Shown here in pieces: positions 1-11,539 of a stretch of DNA of 64,000 nucleotides. The notes under the pieces are model-generated. The model was not told where the DNA came from and did not search any database. It worked only from the letters and a program-made list of their open reading frames with translations. Both the position numbers and the translations under genes were made by a program. Source of the DNA: Geosiphon pyriformis uo1. Taxonomy: Eukaryota > Fungi > Glomeromycota. Position 1 is the stretch's first letter. The number at the start of each line of letters is the position of its first letter. The stretch covers positions 124,001 to 188,000 of the forward strand of contig JAAOMT010000076.1 of the NCBI GenBank assembly GCA_016748015.1, written 5' to 3'.

Positions 1-1111
1 TTTCAAAATAAACCACCACATACTGCCAAATGCCAGCAGGCTTCAGCACAACACAAGTGACACTACCAAACACACCGAGAGCCAACTTAATGTCAGCAGC
101 AGACACACCCAAAGATACATCACGCAGTGCAGCAGCAGCAGAAGAGGAACCAAATTCAGAAACCACCAAAGACTTGGCAATTTTGAGAGTGGCCAAATGA
201 ACAGAGCTTGTAAGCTCAACCAGAAATGCAGCTTTCAAAGACTGTTGAGAAGCAAACTCCATACAGAAAAGCTTCACATTGTCTTTTGAAACAGATTTAG
301 CACCCAAAAAACCATGCACAGACTAAAAAACAGTCTTAACATGAGCCAATTTGGTCTTGAAAGTAGCACCAGGCACCAGAGTGAAGGCCACCCACCCAGC
401 AAACCTTTAACAACTAGTAATAGTTTCCCAAGCACCACTAAAAGTAGCACCAGAAACTAAAAAAGGAGATGAATCAGTTTCCATTTGATCAGCCCAGTTC
501 CCAAGAACAGATGACCCAACAGAAAAAGATTGTTTTGCTTCTAAAACTGGCGATGATTTGCCGGAAGACACCACATTTGGCAACACAGCCAGTGGTTGAT
601 CTTGGCCCATCTTAGATGATGTGCCATATGATGCTATGGAGATCTCATCTAAGATCTCATTGGGAACCACAAAGGGGTTCGATGTAACAATAGCAGAGGC
701 AAGCAACTGCCCCCACTTTTCTGAACTTTTGGTCTTTTTGACCATTTTTTTTGAAGAGGTGGTGCCAAAAGCACCAGGTGTTGAGTCTATAGAGGGGAAG
801 ACCAGCTTATTTACTGGTCTATTATTAAAAACTTTTGGGTTCTTGGTTGGAGTAGAGACAACACTGGGACTAACCCAGGTGTGTCTCTTTAAGGGAACTT
901 TGACTGGTAAGACACCAGCCAAAGATGAGGAAGTTGCTTCAGTGGCCACCAAAGGCAGCTTTTTACAATTACTGGGTAAGGGGAAGGCTTCTAAAACGTT
1001 TTGCCTAGTTGCTTTTACGACAGAAAGAGCTTCTCTGGTTGAAATTTTATTAGATATTTTAGGACAGATATCAGGTGCAGCCTTTTTACTCTTAGCTCTA
1101 GTCATGGTCAT
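1..1111 (-). mobile_element. Decayed LINE-like (non-LTR) retrotransposon ORF1/gag-like region, truncated by the window edge
   Basis: ORF 407..1111 continues in frame past a TAA (*RFAGWVAFTLVPGATFKTKLAHVKTVF*SVHGFLGAKSVSKDNVKLFCMEFASQQSLKAA...LRDVSLGVSAADIKLALGVFGSVTCVVLKPAGIWQYVVVYFE) with RRM-like spacing typical of fungal LINE ORF1. Two in-frame stops; only about 7 CpGs counted in 1.1 kb despite moderate GC. Confidence 0.7.
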
Positions 1112-2126
1112 AAAATTAAGGAAACAAAGAGTTTTTTCCCTGTTTATTTTGAAATAATTTCTTCTTAAATTGTTTAATAGTAATATAATGGACTAATTTT
1201 TGATAGTTTTTATTGTTTATTTGTTGTTTTGTTATTGTTTTATTTTTTTAGTTGTTTTATTTATAATAAGCTATTAATATTTATATATATATTTTTCTTT
1301 TTATAGTGTATTTTATATTTAAAGAGTAAAAAAGTGGTCTTCTATTTGGCAGTTTTATCATTAATTAATTCTTTCTTGATTAGCAATATTAGACTATTTA
1401 ACTGAATTTTTTAAAATAAAAAATTTAGTATATGTGTCTTTTAAAGCTATTTTATTTATTGTATTTAAAATTTTTTTATTGTTATTTAAAACTCTGCTAA
1501 TATATATATATATATTAAAATTATACATATATAATAATAAAATAAAATTATTTAATTATATATTTGTTTATAATATTAAAAATTAATATTAAAAAACCAA
1601 TAATTTGTATTTATAATTTTAAAAACTTGAAAAAATTAATTTTTTTAAATATAAATTCAAATATACAAGTTAACAAAAATATTTATTCAGCTTTGATTAA
1701 AGAATTTGTTTCAAAAATATATAACAAATTACTAAAAAATTTTAAAAATGCTAAGATTGTGAAAATTAAGATAATAGAATTGATTTGGAATTTTTTAATA
1801 AAATATTGTAAACAAGTTTGGCTTTTTATGATAAAACAAAAATAAAACGTAAAAAAAAATGAATTGATTAATAATAATAATTCTGTGTTTAATAATATGG
1901 TAAAAAATTTTAATAAGTCAAATAAATAAATGTTGGTATTTGGGTTTTATGAAATAAATGAAGCACACATATGATGTTACATGGCTTGAAATTAATCATT
2001 AGCATACTTTCACTTTATGTATTTAAAATATTAAGGCCAAAAGGTGATCAGTGATTTAATCAGGTATTCGCTAAAACTGGTTGTCATAAACTCGCTCGTT
2101 TACCTTATTACTGCATCACTCTCATA

Positions 2127-4070
2127 ATGTCTAGAAAAAGAAAACGTTCTTCTCAGCCTCCTCACTGTGGACGCGTTTCGCTTGACTATTTACGCCAACA
2201 AAGTGCGAAGCGTTTAAAATCTACCTGGGATGATATCATTAAACGTTATGGGCGGGACCTGAGCAAAGAAACAGACGAGATTGATTTAAAGACTGAACTA
2301 GTAGTGATCGATCGTGGTGTTTTAAAGAAAGCTCCCGCTCTTCCCTTTGGAGGTTTGCCAGAGATTTCTACAGGTCTTTCTCTTCCCAAGGAAGCAGATC
2401 ACTTTAAAGGATCTAGTTCTGAAGAATTCGTCAAACTTGAGGAAATCGAAGAATACAACTCACAAAAATGGATCAAATCTAGGTTCGCCAAAGCTGTCAA
2501 GGTTGAATACTGTGAGGAATCTGGCCTTGAAGAATATGTTAAAGCTGAAAGAATTAATGATTCTATTCTTGAGGAATTAATCAAAACTAAAGAACCTGAA
2601 GAATATAGTTCTGATGAATTAATCAAAGCATTATATGAAACAGGCTCAGATGAAGATAGTGAGTCAGAAAAGGAAGACGCAAATTTCCCATATGAAGATA
2701 GCATGCTGAATAGACGGGAAGAAAAAGATTTATTTGAAGATAAGATATTCCAAAATGATGAAGCAGATTCTGATATCCAGAAGAAGATCTCTGGTGGTAA
2801 ACTTTTTTCAGATTCGCTTCCTGCCGATAAAATTCAAAATATTAAGGAAGCGGATACAGAACATAGCTTTAAGAGAAAGATTTCCCCTGATCATATTCAG
2901 GATGATAATAATTGCTCCCACGAAGTCGAAAATACTCTCAAGAAATTGTTAAGCACCTCCCCAAATTATTTTATGGACTTTGAATCACCTTCAAAATATG
3001 GATCCCACTTATTTTCAGATGAAGCAAACCCGAATAATCAAACAACTTCGGATAATTGCAGTCTAAATAAAAACCTAGACGATTCCTATATATTACTGCC
3101 ATCCGAGGACTATTCACATAGGAGAAAAACTTCTTATATCCGATCTCCGTCAATCGCTTGCCAGATTCACGCCACTTTAAATAGTCACCTTGGTTTCAGT
3201 CTTGACTCGACTCCTTGTAAAAGTCGTATCACTAATGTAGAGAGTCAGGAACTTAATGGGGATCTGAACAAAAATTTCAAAAAAAACCAATCGATGGAAC
3301 TCTTAAACATACCAGAGAGCTATAAACCCAGTCCAAATTTATCACCTCTCCTTTTTCCCTCCATTGATTTCCATATTCGTTCGACCTCGAATAACCATCT
3401 AAAGGATAATTTTTATAAAACCCCATCAAAGCTTCACCCCACGAATTTTGACAGAACTCCTTGTATAAAGTCAAACGCCAATATTGTGGGGTTTGAAAAA
3501 CAAGGTGTAGAATCAGAGAAATACTTGGAAAGTTCGTCGAACTTTGGCCACCCAACTTTACCATACATTGGGATCTCATATGTCCCTAAGGATGTCGCAC
3601 CAAACCTGCCCACTCCTGAAGCTGCGTCCAGTAATCAACAGGTTATGACTTACAATTCACTAATTCCAAAGGAAGATTCTTCCATTAGTCACATGAAGGA
3701 GAATTTTTTCACTCACAAACTAGCTCACAAGGAAAAAACGCCATATAGCTTGGTTTCCCTCAATAACTCGCCAATTGGCATAACACCATCTGAAACGTCG
3801 AATGATTCAGCTATAAGCCTTAAAGAGCTGGGGCCCCTTGAAACTAATAAACTCAAAAAGACGGAGCCCAAAGAGATGATTGATTTTGGGGATAACTTAA
3901 AAGCAGGTCTTTTGACCAGTAAGTCAACAATATCCAAAAAATTCCCGATAAAAAGACACCTTTCCAAGAAAAAGCGGTTCTCTAAGTTAAAGCGCACAAA
4001 TCTACCAGAATCAGGTTCAGATTTGGAAAGTATAGAGTGGTCAGATTTGGAGATGGTTGATAAGGAATGA
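2127..4070 (+). CDS. scm3: Centromere protein Scm3 domain protein (CENP-A/Cse4 chaperone family) with long disordered C-terminus
   Basis: Intronless 647-aa ORF. N-terminal LRQQSAKRLKSTWDDIIKRYGRDLSKETDEIDLKTELVVIDRGVL matches the Scm3 domain pattern (RLKsxxexIixKY...DEIDLxTgexVxDnGhL). Basic NLS-like stretches at both ends. Confidence 0.8.
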   Translation: MSRKRKRSSQPPHCGRVSLDYLRQQSAKRLKSTWDDIIKRYGRDLSKETDEIDLKTELVVIDRGVLKKAPALPFGGLPEISTGLSLPKEADHFKGSSSEEFVKLEEIEEYNSQKWIKSRFAKAVKVEYCEESGLEEYVKAERINDSILEELIKTKEPEEYSSDELIKALYETGSDEDSESEKEDANFPYEDSMLNRREEKDLFEDKIFQNDEADSDIQKKISGGKLFSDSLPADKIQNIKEADTEHSFKRKISPDHIQDDNNCSHEVENTLKKLLSTSPNYFMDFESPSKYGSHLFSDEANPNNQTTSDNCSLNKNLDDSYILLPSEDYSHRRKTSYIRSPSIACQIHATLNSHLGFSLDSTPCKSRITNVESQELNGDLNKNFKKNQSMELLNIPESYKPSPNLSPLLFPSIDFHIRSTSNNHLKDNFYKTPSKLHPTNFDRTPCIKSNANIVGFEKQGVESEKYLESSSNFGHPTLPYIGISYVPKDVAPNLPTPEAASSNQQVMTYNSLIPKEDSSISHMKENFFTHKLAHKEKTPYSLVSLNNSPIGITPSETSNDSAISLKELGPLETNKLKKTEPKEMIDFGDNLKAGLLTSKSTISKKFPIKRHLSKKKRFSKLKRTNLPESGSDLESIEWSDLEMVDKE

Positions 4071-4579
4071 CGTAATTTATCATCATACGCAGTAATTGTG
4101 AAGGGTTCAAATTTGTATATATATGATTGATATCCGATATTTTGAATAAAAAACCGCGAGCATTTCGAGTCCATGAACAGTCGCTTTTCTGGTAGTAAAC
4201 CCGTCAAATGATTGGCGTCAATCAAGGTTTATGACTTTTCAGATCTGTACCTTTTTTAAATCTGGATCACCCCTTATTATCTGCGAATTATAACAATTTT
4301 ACTGATTTTCGTGTATCTTTTTTATGCAACTTACCAATATACATGCCTTTGCATCAGAAATTCAACTTTGACTTTTAATGATTCTTAGAATAATGTATAG
4401 TATAAAAATTAAGATCCTTAATGGTTGCACTATTGTTATTGTGATAGACCTCGTAGAACCTCTTGTTATACAGCAGTAAGAGTCACCAAAACTAAGTTTG
4501 TCGTGACGACTGGGCAATTTGTATATACCTATTGTAAGGCATCACGGTTTGAGCATTTCCACCAAGAACTTAACCTACA

Positions 4580-7500
4580 ATGACTGATCAATTTTTTCGA
4601 TCCACCCAGCAACGGCTACCACAAAAGCAAGGCTTTAATAACTACAGCACAAACCACTGGGAAAATAATAACGTAAATAACATTAATAGGACGATGCCTC
4701 CTCAAGATTCTACTTATGATCCACCCGTATACGCCTCAGCCTCTCAAATAGTCAGTAATAAATGGTCCAATACTAACGGATATACTACTCCACCCGTCGA
4801 GGCCTGGAATGGACAAAATCAAAATGGATCAACTACAGGTAAGCATTTATCACGTCCTTACCTTCTAACAGCTCTGTCTAAAGGACTAGTCGGACTTTCT
4901 CAACCTTTTCTTTAGCCACTAGCCCCACTATTTATAGTTCGTCGTTAAATGAGCCATCAACAGGAAACCAGTTAAACGGAACGCGGACTATAACTAATGC
5001 AATATCTATCAATACAAGTAATCTACCGATAATTAACAATTCGACGATAATCAATACAGACGCAGGAAAAATTTTATGTGTTGCAGACGTAAGAGGTTAG
5101 TAAAATAAAGTGATTTGACAATGGAGCACTTTTACATATTGGAATTAATTAAAATGGCTAGAGAATGATTTTCCTTTAAAATAGGCAATATTTCATTGTT
5201 GAATAAATTAGCTGATGAGACCGGTGCTAAATATGTGATTCACACGGGTGATTTCGGTTTCTTTGGTGTGTATTTCATTGATTGAACTTTACAAGATACT
5301 TTAGAAAGCTTCTTATTGTTTAATAATATTCTCTCAGAAACCTCAAGCTTGGAGCGGATCACCGAAAAGTATTCATTTATTATAAGAATTATCTCCAACT
5401 GTTACTGGATTAGCTCCAATTTTCTCTAACAAGATTTTTTGAATTTTAGAGTGCTCCGCTATGTTATTCAGTATGGTAATCTTGTTCCCCCTCAGTTGAA
5501 AAATCGTGCCCTAGATGAACAGACTACTCCGGCAGATTTACGTCGCATCGTTCTTGAGTCAAAGGAACCACTTATTTCAGAATTACCGCTTTTCTTGGAA
5601 GGAAAATATCGACTCAATGTCCCAGTCTATACCGTGTGGGGGGCGTGTGAAGATGTTAATGTGGTGGAAAATTTCAGATTAGAAAAATATACAATTCCTA
5701 ATCTCTTCATATTAGATGAGGCTAGCAGTTATCTCATTGATGTTGGAAATGTTAATTTGCGCCTTTTTGGGCTAGGTGGAGCAATCGTTCATCACAAATT
5801 ATTTGATAATGGTGAAGGTAATTTTAGATAGCATTCTTGATTTTTCCTGAATCCCTCTTGAATCTATATAAATTTAGCTTCTGATTCATATAATTATCCG
5901 ATGCTTTTTAGGTAGTCACACAATAGCCGGAGGCTCGGGTATTATGTGGACCACGGCCCTGCAGATAGGGGAATTAGTTGATACTGCTCAAAAAGTAGGT
6001 TGTCAATTTATTTAAATCTTCCGACTTCGTCATTTGATAAAGATTTTATTTGACCATTAAGGTTTATCATCCAACCGAAACACGAGTTTTGGTGACACAC
6101 GCAAGTCCTGGACGTGAAGGGCTTCTGGCTCAATTATCTCTTGCTATTCGGGTATTCCTTGGGCGGTAGTTTTGTTTTTTTTCTATTGCTTATAATTTAT
6201 GAAAATTCACTCTTATTTAGGCTGATTTTACTATATCAGCGGGACTTCATTTTCGTTATGCTGTTTCTTACAATGATTTTGCGGTACAAAACGACCAAGA
6301 AAGTTTTCGGATTAAACTTGAAAATTCCCGAAAAAATTTTTTTGAGATGTGGAAGACAGTTAGGAAAGAAGTAGAGGAATCTGTTGAGTGAGTCATTAAT
6401 AACTATTCTAATGTGTAAAAATATATTGAACTTAATTCTGCAAATATTAATAATTTCTTGTAGTGTCCCACAAAAAATATTATTGGACAATGCGCTAATG
6501 GTATTTAAACGTTCCCCACCTCCTGATAAAGAATATCCTGGTTTTAAAAATATGTGGAATTTTAATCTACCCGATTGTGCTTTCGGCCATATATTATTAA
6601 ATATAAGTAATGGCCGAATGGGTGCAGAAACCAAAAGTCAAGGTTAATCATATATTTTCTTGTTATTGATTGCAAACTTTAAAAACATATGATTGCTTAA
6701 GCATTAGTTTAAAATAGGGTTCAATTTTGCCTATCGTCGGAGTAACGCGCAAGAGGATGGTATTGGTGGAAACTCTATCAATCAAACCCCTCTTAGCCCA
6801 AGCTCTATAAGTCGACGTCAACTTTCCCAATGGCAATCTTCACCGTCACCAGCACTTATACCTCAAAACACGCAAAATAGACCTGTATCACCAGCTAATA
6901 TGATTCCAAGAGATGATATCTCAATTGGTCGGAAACAAATAGATCGTTTGCATCTTGATTCTCATGATGGTACTTCTCTTAGAACTACTACTCCTATACC
7001 TAATGATTTTGCTGAACGTTCTGATCCTTCAAAAACAAACAGTACTATAAGCATAAAAAGTAATAATAGTAGCGTCAATAACAACAACAACAACAACAAC
7101 ACCACAACCCACAACAACGATAATGATACCAGCAATAGTAAAAATGACAATAATAGTAATAATATTTCAAGTCAAAACTTTAATTGGGCAGAAGCTGATC
7201 AGGGAACAAATGAAGCTTGGATGAATAAAACGGAAGCCAGTGCCTATAATAATTTGAATGGTAATAGATCTGAATCGCCACAAACCGGAAACAGTAATCA
7301 AAATGGGGATGACGAAACATCTTCAAGTAGCCTAACACCGCAGTCAAATCAAAATCAAAACCAAAACCGTCGCAATGTGGTATGTGTAGCTATATGATCA
7401 ATGTTATTGTTTAAAATAAATTAAAAGTTTAGGTTTTGATATTAATTCTTTGCAAAATCAGCGCAGCCAATACAGTCAATACTCGGTTCATGTAGGCCAA

Positions 7501-8002
7501 TTAAATAATCATCCGGTGACAGAAGCTGATTTAAGAGAGTTTTTTTCATCGATTGAATCAGGGGTAACACAAATACAATTCTCTAAATGTATCCAAGTTA
7601 ATATACATCATTGATCATGCATTTTTTGGATAATTAGATCGATAAGGTTCGGCTTATGTATGACAGAGAGAATCCGGGCGTTCAACGCAATTTTGCTTAT
7701 GTTGATTTTGTAGATGATGCTTCTCTTCAAAAAGCACTTCAACTTAATGGCCAGGTTTGTAGATAACTATCTCATTGAATGTAATCTACAAATAATTATT
7801 CAGATCCTCTTTATATTAGTCTCTGGGTGGCAATAATCCAGTAATTACGAAAGCGGAAGATAGAAATTATTACGACCGTAATCGGGGTGGGCGTGGTCGT
7901 TCCAGAGGTGGTTATCGATCTCGCGGTAATTTCCGTCAGCAACACGGGCATAACTCACATAATAGAGGAGGTGGAAATATGCAAAACAATGGAGGACAGT
8001 AG
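4580..8002 (+). CDS. Multi-exon DUF2433 / metallophosphoesterase-like protein with C-terminal RRM and RGG tail
   Basis: Spliced model (exon 1 4580-4838, exon 2 4916-5095, exon 3 from 5185, about a dozen short GT-AG introns, stop TAG 8000-8002). Motifs: ILCVADVRG, IHTGDFGFF, VYTVWGACEDV, LRLFGLGGA, HKLFDNGEG, TIAGGSGIMWTTALQIGELVDTA, THASPGREG, SAGLHFRY. RRM (YSVHVGQL...NFAYVDFVDDASLQKALQLNG) followed by RGGRGRSRGG. Confidence 0.85.
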
Positions 8003-9392
8003 AGATCCTGGATTCTTGGATTTTAAGACTGGCTTAAAATAATAGAATGACATAACAGAAAGTATTTTTTTAACCCTTTGTTTGGTAGAATTTTTTAAGC
8101 CCTTTACTACCCAACAATTATACAGCATTATGATTCTAGCGTTTTCTTTATCCTTACTTTCCTAACGTTTGGGTTATTCCCGAGGTTTGTATATTTTAAA
8201 TGGTCCCTCTTTAGACGTATAAAAAAACTATATTATTTATCCCCTTGTATTAACGTATATATTCATCCTACTCTCATTTTCCTTATTGTTGTCCTTTTAT
8301 TGCTTTTCTTGTACCTATAACTAATTCTATAAGCTATGTTCTTTTTTAAATATTTTCACGTACCATTGGGATTGGACATTTTTTTATTTTTTTCTTGGAT
8401 TTTGTATGAGTAGCTTCATTAAGATCGATTTATTATTTTGAGCACAGTTGATTTGTCCCAAGATGAATACACGGCCAGATCGTCGGCAGTGATTTTTTGA
8501 CGTAAGTGGCTTAATTATAGTTGAGATGAATATTAAGTTTTATCACTCATTATCAATGTTTACAAGATTATCCCCATGAGGTTATGATAATAAACGAACG
8601 ATGGGTATTGGAGTTGTTAAAGTTTTCTGGACTATATAGTATTATACACATGAAGTTGCAATTAATTTATAGAAGACCTTTTGCTCCACATTATCAATAA
8701 AGCCTTAATTTTTGAATCCAGGCATCGACTTCAAAGCTTCAGCACATTATTTAATCTCTAGTATTTCTAGTTATTGATTTAATTTTTCAGAGCCAATTAA
8801 ATAAGAGTTTTGGTCATTGATATAAGATTTTAATTTAATGTCGAAGGCTGGCTAACTTGATTTTGTACTAAAATTCAAGCCGATTTTATAAATTATATCC
8901 ACAGATAAGGTTTCTGGAAGGACTTGACCTTAGATTTTTCAAGTATGAAGTTTATAGCAGAAAATCAAATGGTTCTCAGGAGGAAAGACTTGAGATTCTT
9001 AAAAGCTAAATCGAAATAGATCAAAAGAAAGTGGGGAGGCAAAGCTCTCCCGGAATCCTTAACTGAAAACCAGAAAGTTAATGAGGTTATTAAAATGCCT
9101 TGCCTGAATTTGTTAAACCAATAGTCGATGATTTTCTGAAGAATTTTCAAAAACGCATACAACCAAAAGCAGGTCGATTTATCATAGCTTATTTGGGGTT
9201 GGAACGCGCAAAATTTTGCTCGCAATTATTCTAGAATATTGGAATGTCTTATTCCATAGAAAACTCACCACTTACATTTTTCGATCATTTCTTTTGATTC
9301 TCTACTCCGATTTTTGTTGTGATTTGGAGTTTTTTGCTTTGCTGATGGATATATGCAAGTAACAAATAATAGGGTGGGGGCATACCAGGATT

Positions 9393-10324
9393 TTATGATC
9401 TGGGATTACTACCACCATTGGGATTATGAGAATTTTGAGCCCTTGACACATTAGTTGCCTTATTAGACTTAATAGTCTCTCGTATCGGTTGATTTGGGGT
9501 CCATATATGAAGCTCAGGACATGGAGGCATGTCGTAAAGACGAGCTCCACAGTTTATATATTCGCTGGGACCTTGATAAGTGGAAAGTACATATTGAATT
9601 CAAAACAGAGTTTAGGAAGTAAAGGAATGCAAAAATGGAAATTGAGCAGAAACTCGCCTTTTTTGAGTGCCTCAAACACCTTAGAAGCGTCTTGTTGGTT
9701 TTTAATTTCTCTCTTCGATTCTGTGGCATTTTTTTTCCCGTCTAGAAATTACCAACTGGTTAAATTTAGTTCGACTCGAAAAATTATTTTCATCTAACAA
9801 GAATCTTGAAGTTTCGTATGGTTACCGTGAGATGTATTTCCTCCCATTTCAACCTTATCATCAATTATAATATTTACACTAGGGGGGGTAGGCTTTGGAG
9901 GGTTATCTTCAGGATCTTTTTTCGTAAATGTAATAAATTTCTTTAAACGGATTGACCAACTTTCTTTTCTATTAGAGGCTTCTGCTTGTGGTTCCTGTAT
10001 AAAGGACGGATTGCCTCGTTCAGTGTCTTCTAGTGCTTCTCTTGGACCTGTTTTAAAGATGAAAGGATTAGCATCTACTAATACTGTAGGATGAGCTTTC
10101 CAATCTGAGTGAAGTAGTGTTTTAAACTGAAGGATTCATATTCAAATGGTCATCGGATTTTTCTTAGAGGAAACTTCACAAATATGACAGATTATTCTCA
10201 TTGCTCTATTTTTCCCAAATGAGACAGATAGCAAAAGTTCAAGAAAAAAATACTTACGAAAAAATCTAGAGTAAATCCAGTATAGGCCAGAAAAAACAAT
10301 AGAAATGAACCGAGGTAATGGCAT
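9393..10324 (-). CDS. Putative 4-exon orphan protein (about 192 aa) with N-terminal hydrophobic segment
   Basis: Exons 10324-10258, 10047-9799, 9741-9658, 9571-9393. All three junctions are phase 1 and join into one stop-free frame (MPLPRFISIVFSGLYWIYSRFFRPREALEDTERG...GPSEYINCGARLYDMPPCPELHIW...NPRS*). The third donor is GC (AAG|GCGAGT). Confidence 0.5.
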
Positions 10325-11539
10325 ATTTTTCAACGCACGATATCAAAAGAAAGGAGAAATACAAACCAAAGCAAATCTCCTAGCTCCACCTATTTTCTAA
10401 AGTATAAAATCGTTTATCAATTTATCAATTTCTAAAGTTTTGTGCTGATTCTATGACAAAAAAGGCGGCAGTGATGGGATTAACGAAAGGCATCTATCAA
10501 TCGTCAGCTCCATTCAATAAAAAACTGATATAAGTTGAAATTCTTCCTCTATTTTTATTAATCAAACGAAATATAGAGAACGATGACATAAAAAGCTAGT
10601 TTAAATATTTGATTAATTGCCTTTTAAAGACGTTTTTCCTTCTCAGTAATCAATCCTTTAAATTATTGACTTTATTTTACGAAGCCATATTGTTTTTCAA
10701 ATCCAAAAGGGAGTATTTTGTTGTGAAGTCGGAGTAGTAAGATGTCTTGTTATTTTATTTTGACAGGAAAAATATATACATTGCCTAGTTTTTAATTGAT
10801 GATAGAAATACATGGACTTTAACTTGACCGATTAATATTGATTTTTTTATTTTAAATCCTCCAAAGTAAAAATTTAATCTGGATTTTTTTGTTTCCCCGA
10901 TTTAATTATCAAACTATTCATGTAGATGGAATTTCTTAGTGCATCTCACTTGAACCGCTTGTAAAAGATGAGTATTAATCGGGACAAAATTAGATAAAGT
11001 GAACGTGAGAAAAAATGATTTTCCAGACGCGTCTTTCCACCTTTACAATTTTCCGCTAAATTCAAACATAAATAAAAATTCCAATTATGAAACTGGTAAT
11101 ACCTAACGAGATGATAAAACATTTAATTTTGCAATTTTCCAAAGCTTTAAGGGTTTAAAGAGATCAAATTTCTTTTATAATATGACGGCGGGTGTTTTTT
11201 TGACTCCGACTTTTGAAGCTCCCCTCCTGTTAACAAGTCGCATCGAATATTAATTCGTTTTTTCTGACATGATTTTCCAGGGTTATTAAGTCCATGACTC
11301 CATATCTCATTTACTATTTATCTGCTGTGTTGAATTCTGTTCAATTGAAAGTTTATTAGCTCTTATTCTAAGTAGTTAATTGATTTATTAAAGGAAAAAA
11401 ATAAATATGTTATATCTTCAAATTGTAAACAGCCATTTAATAATACTCAAAGAAATATTTTACAAGCACCATTGAAATTTAAAGACCTTTTTTCCTTTCA
11501 AATTTTTGTCAAACCATTTACATCCATCAATTGCACGTT

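Noticed and set aside
621-1157. 178-aa plus-strand ORF
   Set aside because: Antisense shadow of the LINE ORF1.
8560-9300. Coding-like fragments on the plus strand (e.g. PEFVKPIVDDFLKNFQKRIQPKAGRFIIAYLG)
   Set aside because: Interrupted by stops, no consistent splice model, no recognisable family.
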